A stretch of 63,992 nt of DNA, counting the filler, from an uncultured bacterium (GTDB taxonomy: Bacteria; Auribacterota; CAZIXI01): assembly GCA_964543115.1 (NCBI GenBank). It is 7 parts of 7 records of this genome, joined end to end, with 100 filler letters (N's around TTAATTAATTAA, not from the genome) between each part and the next. Parts side by side here need not be neighbours in the genome. Positions count along the whole stretch, not along the records: positions 50,131 to 59,910 come from CAZIXI010000129.1; positions 60,011 to 63,992 come from CAZIXI010000295.1; 5 more parts are not named here. One strand, given 5' to 3'. The number at the start of each line of letters is the position of its first letter. Position 1 is the stretch's first letter. A program made the translations under genes and the position numbers. Below the pieces are notes generated by a model. The model made no database searches. It was given only the letters and a program-made list of their open reading frames with translations, and was not told the DNA's origin. This document shows positions 53,101 to 61,660 of this stretch, in pieces.

Positions 53101-56100
53101 CAATTACAATTTACTGTGGGAATTAGTGCGGGGCACACCCAAGCGCTGGACACAATGGGCAAAGAAATTGGAAGTAGATTACGGAGAATTGAGGCATAGA
53201 ATTCTGGTTTTTGTTGCCCAAGAATGTAATGGTGATTTAGCTGAAATGGCCAGGATGCTGCTAGTGAAAAAAACTAGTCTTATGAATAACTATCTTGTTT
53301 CCTATAGAATATCTCCTAGCACAGCAAACTTCGAACAACAGAGAATAAACCAATTCTACCAAATATTTGCAGAGAATCCGCGGGCGGAAGAAGTGCAGCG
53401 CCTACCCGCGGCAATTAGAGCACTTTATCGAGAAATTGTTATTATGAATCGCCGCTTACAGGAGTTGAACCGTTATTTAAAGTGTTATAACGATGAATTA
53501 GCGGAAATGAGTACTTATTTGCAGTTGGCCGAAGCTATTAAAGGAAAGATTGATGAATTACTGCCAGAGCTTGCCGATCCAGACCTTGCGCGGGAATTAA
53601 CGGATCATCTTTGTAATGATGGAGAGTTGCCAGGTTACTATAATTTGACGGTGGGAGATGATGATGTGCTGCGCCTGGCGAGAGGAGATCAATTAACCGT
53701 ACAGATCAGTGGCCTGGAGAGCAGGCAGAAAGTGGTTGCAAGTTTTTTAAGGGAAGGGGATGTTTTTTGCTGTTTACTTACTACGCCGGATAGAAGGTAT
53801 ATCAATCGGTATTATTTGCTAAGAAGAGATGAGGTATATCTGCAGGAATTGAATGGGCAAGAAATAGATAGAGATCCATTGCCAGCTGTGGCTGTGGCTG
53901 AAGAGGTGGCGGGATTTTTGCAGGAAGCGGCAAAAATGCGGCAAAAGAATTGGAATTGGCGGAGAGCGGCAGACAGGTTAAGTATAGAGAGGAAAGAATT
54001 GGTTTTTGAGATTATTCTCTACGTTGTTGAGAAATGCAACGGTGACCGTGCTAAAATTGCGGAGATGCTAGGCGTTTCAGCAGAAACCGTGGCTACTACT
54101 TATTTAAAAGACTATAAACTGCGGGAATTAGCTGCGGCATTGGAACGCCGGGAAGCTGACAAAGCAGCAGTTGACGCTGCTGCTGCGGCACCAGACAGAA
54201 AAGAAGAACCGGCAAAGCCGGCTACTGCTGCCCTGGCAAAAATCGGCTCGGTGGTAGTTGCCGATATCCTGGCCGGCAGGGGGATAATTGAACTAATGCA
54301 GCGAACGATTACCGTGGTTGCCAACTTAATGGAAGGAACCGATAAAGATTCACTGGCAGCTATTTTTACTGACCGCCTGCCCCAGATTATGGAACACCTG
54401 GCCCTGCTGCGGCAGCAGGTGGCTGAATTGCAGGAACAGGAAGATTTTAAGACTGCCCTGAAAATCGCGCAGACTAAGGCAGAGGAAGCGGCAGAGAGAG
54501 TTAACGAGATTCGGGTAAAAATGAAAAATAGACAATTTACCGATGACATTGCCTATTGGGAAGGGGAGGTCGTTCTCCTGCCGAAAAGAATAGCTCAGCT
54601 GAATATGATTTATACAGAAGTAGCCGAATTGGGAGAATATCAGGAGTTAGAGGATTATCTTGCTGACATAGACAATTTCCGGAGTCTATTAATTGTGTAC
54701 CTTACCACTGCAACTCAGATTACGGAAAACAGCGATTTTGTCCGCGGGAAAGAAAAGGAAGCTGAAACCATTAAGACCGAAGTTTTAGTGGAGATAAAGG
54801 AAGCGGAAATAGAAATGGATCTGGATCTCTGCGAATCTTTAATTGAAATGTTGCAGGAAAAGATCGTGGCAATGGAAAAAATCCGGGCAGCAGCACAGGA
54901 GAAGACACATTATCTGGATAGTGATGGGAAAATTGAGATTGCTGGTCTTAATGCCTACATAAATATTATAGATAGGCATATTGCCAAACTGCGGGAAGAT
55001 GAATTGACGAGATTGCAGCAGCTGATAAAAATCAGAGATGGTGTGCGGAAAAGGGAGGCCGGGGTTATAGCGCTGAAAGAGGAGGCCTTGAATGAGGTTC
55101 GTGCGGCAGAGAGTGAAGGAAATCTGCGGGAACTCCCGGCCCTGAGCCAATACATGCGAAAATTGGAAGAAAAAATCAGCGCGATGGAAGCATTAATTAC
55201 TAAAATGACAACAGATACCGTTTATCCCCAACTTGAAGAGTGTAAGAAAAATGCCGAGGCTGCTGCTTACGCAGTTCACTCAGAATTAGCAAGGTTAGCG
55301 AGAATTGAAGAAGCTGAATTACAAAGATTGCGGGAGATTAAAGCAAATCTGTTATTTGCCGAAGAAAAAGCAGTAGAAGCGCACGGGATACTGGACGAGG
55401 CTAGGGCAGAGGTAGAGAAACGTGCAGTAACGGTAAACCTGGATAAATGCGGGGAATTGCTGGCTTACCTGGAAGAAAAATCAGCCTCGATAAAGGAAAT
55501 ATTTACTGCCGTGAAAAAGCTGGGAGGTGAGGAGCTGGCAGATCATCTGGACAGGATAGCCGGCTACCAAGAAAAATTGGGGTTGCTATGTGCCGATAAT
55601 TGCCAAATTAAGGACAACAGGGATTATGTCCGTGCCCAGGAGAAAAGGGCCGCCCGGATAAGGGAGGAGACCCTGGCTGAAATTGCCGCAGCTGGTTTGA
55701 GCGTCAGCCTGGACGGGCTGGAGGGATTAATCGAATTAGTGGAGCAGTCTATCGACAAAATTGAAGAAATCCTGCCTCGGATAAAGGAAATGACTTTCTA
55801 CTTTAGTTCAGAAGGTAAAATGCCGATTCCCGGTTTAGAACAATACCTGACAGTAATCGAAGCCCATAATGCCCAGCTGCGGGAAGAATTAACTAAGCTG
55901 GAAGAGTTAAAGGAGATCCGCGAAGATGTCAGGTCCGGGAAAGAGCAAACGGAGGAATTAACAGACAAAACCCTGGATGCTCTTGCTGAAGCTGAAGAGG
56001 CGGGAGAATTCCGGACTATTCCTGCCCTGACAAAGGTAATGCAGATGATTGAAGAGAAGCTTCCGCAATTGGAGGAATTGCTGGCGGGAATGGATACCGA

Positions 56101-59100
56101 GATTATTTGCGCGCAGCTGGAAGAATGGCAGGTAGAGGCCCTTGCCGAAGCCAGTATACTTCGGTCAGAATTATCTCGCCTGGAGCGGGTAAAGGAGGAG
56201 TTGGAAAATCAGCCGGTGATTATTGATGAGGTATCGATTACCATTCTAGGAACACGGTTTCTCAAGGAAAGCATTGCCGGCAGTAAGCCGAATGACATTT
56301 CCGCACTCATCGCTTTACTGGATCATAAAGACTGTACGGATGAGGTTGCCGCGGCAATTGCTGAGGCCTTAAAACTATGTGAATTTGAGTTGGCAGTTGT
56401 CTGGATGAGTGCTGACTTGCAGCCGCGGGTGAAAAAAGCAGAGAAGGTGCGGAAAAACAGGATATTACTGGAAGTGATCAGGGAAAAGGCCCACCCGCAT
56501 AAAGATTTATTAGCAAACCTGCAGGCAATGACCAAGGCGGCGGATAAAGAAACTAAGCAATTGGCCGGAGAGATACTGGCAGGGCTGATGGATTCAATTT
56601 TAGGCAAAATTAAAGAAAATTTGCAAAGTTTAAAAACCCGGGCAGAGGGTAATCTGGTTGGGGCAGAGAGAAGGATACAGGAGGCGAAAATAGATGAGCA
56701 AACAAGAGATATCCGGCGAATATCCGGTCTAATAGTAGCAATAGGGAAGGTAAATGAGGAAGCGGAGAGGTTGGTTAAAGAGGCTGAGGAAGCGTGTGAA
56801 GGGTTTGACGATCCGGAAATAACACAGCTTGTAGAAGATATTGGCGAAAGCCAGCAAGCAGTGGCGGAAATATTGGCAGAATTACGAAAAACCGAAAAGC
56901 ACCTTCGGGAAAATCCTGTTTTACAAGAGAAGGGAGCGGTTAGGGTTTTTGGTAGGAAGATTTCTCACCAGGATATACAAACAGGGGATTTCGCTAAAAT
57001 TCAATATCTTATTGATTGCCTTGATGATGAGCAGTGTACGGATAAGGTTGCTGAGTCTATCTTGAATTGTTTGAGGATGTGTGACAATGATAGCACCTTT
57101 GCGATGATTGCCTCTTCTCTTCAGCCATTGGTTAGAAAACCAGAAAAGGTGAGAAAAAACAAGGTGATATTGCAGTTAATCAAGGAAAAGGGCATTCAGC
57201 ATAAAGAGATATTAAAGAAATTGAAGCAATTGGTAAGGTCTCCGGATAAAGAAACGAAAAAAATAGCCGGTGAACTGCTGGCCCAATACCCGGCGGAAAA
57301 ACCGCCGGCGCCGAAGAAACCGCCAAAACCTAAAAGAAAACCGGCAGCAGCAAAAAAACCGCCGGCACCTAGAAAGCAGCCAAAACCTGGAAAGAAGCCA
57401 GCACAAAAAAAACCGGCCCGGCCGGCTGCGGCAAAAGCACCCGCGCCAGCTAGTGATATTATTGACGAGCTTGATCTAGTGCAAGATGAAAAATGGTGGG
57501 TAGAAGCGATGGTGGACGGAAAGAAAACAACAACATTGCAGACAGTAGAATCTATAGATAGAAGAGGGGAAAAAATTACTTTGGACAAATTTGGCGATAA
57601 AACTGTTATTCCTTTTAGCAAATTAGATCAAGTAATGATCGATCGTTTTGTCGGACAGCCAGTGCCTTCGCGCAAGCCAGCCAGAAGAACACCAAGACCA
57701 GGCTCAAAACGTACATTGGATTCATTGCGCAAACCTGCCGCTAGGGGCAAAGCAACTGCTGTCCGCAGACCAACTCCAACCAGGAGGCCGGTATCACGTG
57801 CACAGAAGAAGAAGGGTATTGTTGAGGAAATACCGGCAGATGCGGTGTTTGATCCAAGGCCGGATCAGTATATCTATGTGCCTATGGAGGGCGGTTTCTA
57901 TCGCGCGCTCATTAAGCGTGTAGACAATAATTATGTACATGTGCTGGTCCCCGGCAGTGACGGTGCCCAAATGGTTAATAAAAAATGGCTCGAAATGCAA
58001 TACAAAAAGCGGGGTTCCTCCATGCGCTCCTGCCCAATGAAAAAGCCGTATTGGGCGGAAGAAATCGAGGTTAACGACAGGAAACTAACAGAAGAGTCTA
58101 TGGCGGTAAAAGAACCGGCGACTCAGTATCGAACCATTGGCCACCGAGGTAAAGCAATTATCGTGCGGGAATCCCTGCTGGCCGGGATGGGCTATGACGA
58201 ACAGGAATTCTTGGCCCGCTTAAGCCAGGCCTTGGCCCTGAGTAATAAGGCTGCGGACTTATTGGCGTTAACAAATTGTGATCAGGATCCATCCGTGTAC
58301 ACAGTGCCTGACTGGCACAACCTGCCGGATACGCTGTTTATTGAAGAAATGTCCGCTTCACCTTATCTGGGGGCCAATCACAAAGCTGACAATTGGATTG
58401 GTATCAATAGGGCGCTGTTTGAGGTTGATAATAAAACTACCCGGGATATACTTTTTTCATCTACGCTTTTACATGAGCTTTGGCATGAACTCAATCCCCG
58501 TACTAAGCATAAACTGGAATTGCTGGAACGCCTGCTGGAATTTCATGACGGTATATTTCTTGCCGCCGCCCTTATCCAGGCTGAAGATTTAACGTTTGGC
58601 AAATTCTTTGACAGCAGCTGCCGGATAATTGATCGCCAGAAGCAAAAGCTATATTATCTCCTTAATATTGGCAGAAACGCCCACATCAGAAAGCTAGTGA
58701 ATGAACTCGGCAATAACGATCCAGTGCAATACCGGCAGGCGGCAAGACAGCTAATCGCTCTGGGCAATAAATACCAGCCGGAAAGAGAAAAGTGCTTAAG
58801 AGATCGGGTTATCTGGACTGGAGTTAAGCCGGAGGTAACGGTTCAGGGACCGGAAAAGGATGTTTATGACCAGGAGCGCTGGCATACGCTTATTTCGGTG
58901 GGTAACAAGATTTTTGATGAGATAGAGTGGCAGTGGCAGTATGAGCAGGAAGGCGATTTGCCGTTTATGGCAATAAAGAGTGAGATTGAGGATTTGCTGT
59001 TGGCAGATAACTGTGCTTTGCTCAAAGCCAGACTAAGAGCGACATTGGCCAGAGAGCTGGATCCGGAAACTGAGGTAGAATGGCTCTGGCTGGATAAATT

Positions 59101-59910
59101 CCAGGAAGGGGGAGAGGCCGGGGTAATCAAGGTTACAGTACGCATGGTTGATGGTCAGGAAGTAAAATTCGGCGTAATCAGCGCTAAAAATTCCGGTAAG
59201 GGAAGTGAAATAATTAAAGGCTATCATGAAAGTCTCGCGTTCGTTGAAAACCTCTATCTTGCTCATAATGATGAAATTGATACTGTGCTTCCGCTGGAAG
59301 CACCGCGGGGATATGAAGGCGGCTATGGACAGGAAGGAATATATATGTTTTGTGTGGAATGGCTGGAGGATACCTATGAAATAAATCCTGTTCTGGATCA
59401 AGCCGGCAGAGTTGTTTATCGCGGCCTTTCACGTGGCCAAGAGGCGGTTAATTGGAGTGAAGAGCAGTCTAAGCTAATTAAGGAGAGAGCAATTATGATT
59501 GCCGCAACCATTTTTGAATTAACCAGGGGTGAGATTATCCGGATAAGTTTTGCCCGCGGAGATCTCGTTACCGCTTTAAGAGAAAATACCGCTTTTAAGG
59601 CTTTTTGGCTTATTGCCGCGGATTTTTTCCTTCAGACAGATGTTGCCGCCGATGATCCACAAAAAATATGGCAGAAGTTATTGGCTGCCAGCGACAGCCT
59701 GGAAGAAAAATATATCTACTTTTTGCTTCATTGCCTTACGGCAATGGAAAATGTTTACTTGCTGAACAGGGAAGGGGATATTACAAAAAACCATACCGTT
59801 GCCAGCATCTTTCCCGAACCGGAGATTGTGTTTTCCGGCCTGACCCGGGCAATGATTCGGCTCTACGGTCAGGAAAAGGGCCGTCAGCGGGCAATGGCGA
59901 TTATTGATAA
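50132..59910 (+). CDS. Giant modular protein fragment (>3250 aa, open at both ends): repeated HTH-like modules, duplicated coiled-coil and HEAT-like blocks, basic low-complexity linkers, HExxH zincin-like domain
   Basis: One uninterrupted frame across the whole contig; HELWH 58472-58486; internal repeats described in findings. Confidence 0.88.
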
Positions 59911-60010
59911 NNNNNNNNNNNNNNNNNNNNNNNNNNNNNNNNNNNNNNNNNNNNTTAATTAATTAANNNNNNNNNNNNNNNNNNNNNNNNNNNNNNNNNN
60001 NNNNNNNNNN
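59911..60010. other. Artificial contig linker
   Basis: N44-TTAATTAATTAA-N44. Confidence 0.99.
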
Positions 60011-60011
60011 T

Positions 60012-60710
60012 AATAATATAGCCCTGGGTGAACAGGCTTTGTATACTGCCACCACCGTCAGTAATAATATAGCCATAGGCAAGCAGGTTTTATACAGCAA
60101 TACTAGCGGGCATAGCAATCAGGGTTTAGGTAATGCTACCTTGTATTCAAATACAACCGGTTGTTATAACGTGGCAATCGGACAATATTCAATGTACGAT
60201 AATACTATTGGAGAAAGAAATTGTACGCTGGGCTATCATTCGATGCAGAATAATACAGAAGGTGATTATAACGTTGCTTTGGGGTACATCGCCTTACAAG
60301 ATAATACAACTGGGTCAAGTAACATTGGTATTGGTTGTTATGCCGGTGGAACAAATGAAACAGGAACCGGTCTGACCTTGATCGGATCAAATGCCGATGT
60401 TGCCTCTGATGGCTTAGATAATGCCGCGGCGATCGGTTACAATGCCGAAGTAGGGGCCAGTGATTCATTGATCCTGGGCGGTACGGGAGATGACGCGGTG
60501 AGTGTGGGTATTGGGACTACTACCCCTGACCGGACATTTGAGATCGAGATGAGTTCCACTGGTGATGTGAGTACCGTCGACGTGGAGATCGGGCAGGGCG
60601 TTACCGATCCGGACGTGACCTTTATAAAACTCCGCAGTCCGGATGGCAGCGAATGGTACGTGTTTCCCAACAACGCCGGAACTTTAGTCTGTACCACCAC
60701 AGAACCGTAA
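60012..60710 (+). CDS. C-terminal fragment of an adhesin/tail-fibre-like protein with 14-aa beta-roll (YadA-head-like) repeats; 5'-truncated
   Basis: About eight N-x-A-x-G-x-x-(A/S)-(L/M)-x-x-N-T-x repeats; SVGIGTTTP; ends LRSPDGSEWYVFPNNAGTLVC. Confidence 0.8.
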   Translation, partial: NNIALGEQALYTATTVSNNIAIGKQVLYSNTSGHSNQGLGNATLYSNTTGCYNVAIGQYSMYDNTIGERNCTLGYHSMQNNTEGDYNVALGYIALQDNTTGSSNIGIGCYAGGTNETGTGLTLIGSNADVASDGLDNAAAIGYNAEVGASDSLILGGTGDDAVSVGIGTTTPDRTFEIEMSSTGDVSTVDVEIGQGVTDPDVTFIKLRSPDGSEWYVFPNNAGTLVCTTTEP

Positions 60711-60724
60711 TCTATTAGTTAGAT

Positions 60725-60760
60725 TAGTTAGGGACAGCCCTCAGGGGCTGTCCCTAACTA
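60725..60760. terminator. Bidirectional terminator-like hairpin between convergent genes
   Basis: Perfect 16-bp stem TAGTTAGGGACAGCCC-TCAG-GGGCTGTCCCTAACTA. Confidence 0.75.
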
Positions 60761-61039
60761 TTATGCTCTGCTGGTGATTTCGATCAGATGGTAGCCGAAT
60801 TGTGTCTGGATCGGCCCGTGCACCTTGCCGACTTCTTCATTGAAGACAACCTGGTCGAACTCCTTAACCATCTGGCCGGGAGAGAATTCGCCCAAGTCAC
60901 CGCCCTGCTGGCCGGAAGGGCATTTAGAATTATTTTTGGCTATTTCAGCAAAATCCGCCCCGTTTTCAATCTGTTTTTTTAAATCTTCACAATCAGCCTG
61001 CGTTTCCACCAGTATATGACGCGCTCTGGCTTTGGTCAT
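60761..61039 (-). CDS. ppiC: Parvulin-type peptidyl-prolyl cis-trans isomerase
   Basis: ARHILV, FAEIAKNNSKCPSGQQGGDLGEF, GPIQTQFGYHLI; 92 aa; RBS AGGAGG. Confidence 0.96.
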   Translation of the reverse strand: MTKARARHILVETQADCEDLKKQIENGADFAEIAKNNSKCPSGQQGGDLGEFSPGQMVKEFDQVVFNEEVGKVHGPIQTQFGYHLIEITSRA

Positions 61040-61280
61040 AATTGCCTCCTATTTTATGATTAATCATGATAAATAAAAATCAAGGAATTGTCAATACCTG
61101 ATAATTGAGGTGTATCTTTAAACGTAGAAATGCAGATATGTCAAGAAGGAGAGAATAGGTAGAAAAAATTTGGAGTTTATTCCTGGAAATGCTAAAAAAA
61201 CCTCTTAAAAAGTTTATTTTACACGCCTGTAACGTCATACTGTGCAAAAACATGTAGTTATTGCGGTAATTTTTTCCTGT

Positions 61281-61296
61281 TGGCATAACTATTGCA
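61281..61296 (+). promoter_or_regulatory. sigma54 (-24/-12) promoter
   Basis: TGGCAT-AACTA-TTGCA; predicted TSS about 61306-61308, just before the riboswitch. Confidence 0.78.
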
Positions 61297-61311
61297 TTAA
61301 TAAACCTGTTA

Positions 61312-61392
61312 CTTCGTTAAAGGCAAAACCTGAGTAATTGGGTGACGCAAAGCTACGGATCCCGACTTGTCGGGAAGGCCGGGCTGCCGAAG
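61312..61392 (+). ncRNA. c-di-GMP-I (GEMM-I) riboswitch aptamer
   Basis: CTTCG-TTAAA-GGCAAAACC-TGAGTAATTG-GGTGACGCAAAGCTACGG...GGCCGGGCTGCCGAAG: conserved GGCAAA, GACGCAAAGC and 3' GCCGGG.TGCC; G at the G20-equivalent position. Confidence 0.88.
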
Positions 61393-61425
61393 AAATTAAA
61401 TCTTCTTCAGCAGCTCGTTTTTTTT
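61380..61425 (+). terminator. Riboswitch expression-platform terminator
   Basis: CGGGCTGCCGAAGA (61380-61393) pairs with TCTTCAGCAGCTCG (61404-61417), 1 G-U and 1 mismatch, followed by T8; the 5' arm is the aptamer P1 3' strand. Confidence 0.85.
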
Positions 61426-61660
61426 CAGTCTATAACCATTCCAGTAATGGCAGTCCCAAGCGAAGCTTGGGATTGGATAAGTTGGGGGATTAAAGATGAG
61501 TTCAGAAAGAATACATTGCACTTGTACAAAAAGTATACATTTTCTGGCAGTCAAATTTAATATATTTATAAGATACATAATACTAATTACTTATAATTTA
61601 ATATTTATAGATTTATGTTGGTATAAAAGTTGCTATTAAATAACCTGGTAGGGGGTAAGA

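Noticed and set aside
549..59907. Many short ORFs nested in or antisense to the long genes
   Set aside because: Shadow ORFs with no recognisable motifs, fully overlapping well-supported CDSs
61342..61578. Short ORFs (72 aa +, 60 aa -) over the riboswitch
   Set aside because: No RBS or family features; the region is explained by the aptamer, terminator and leader
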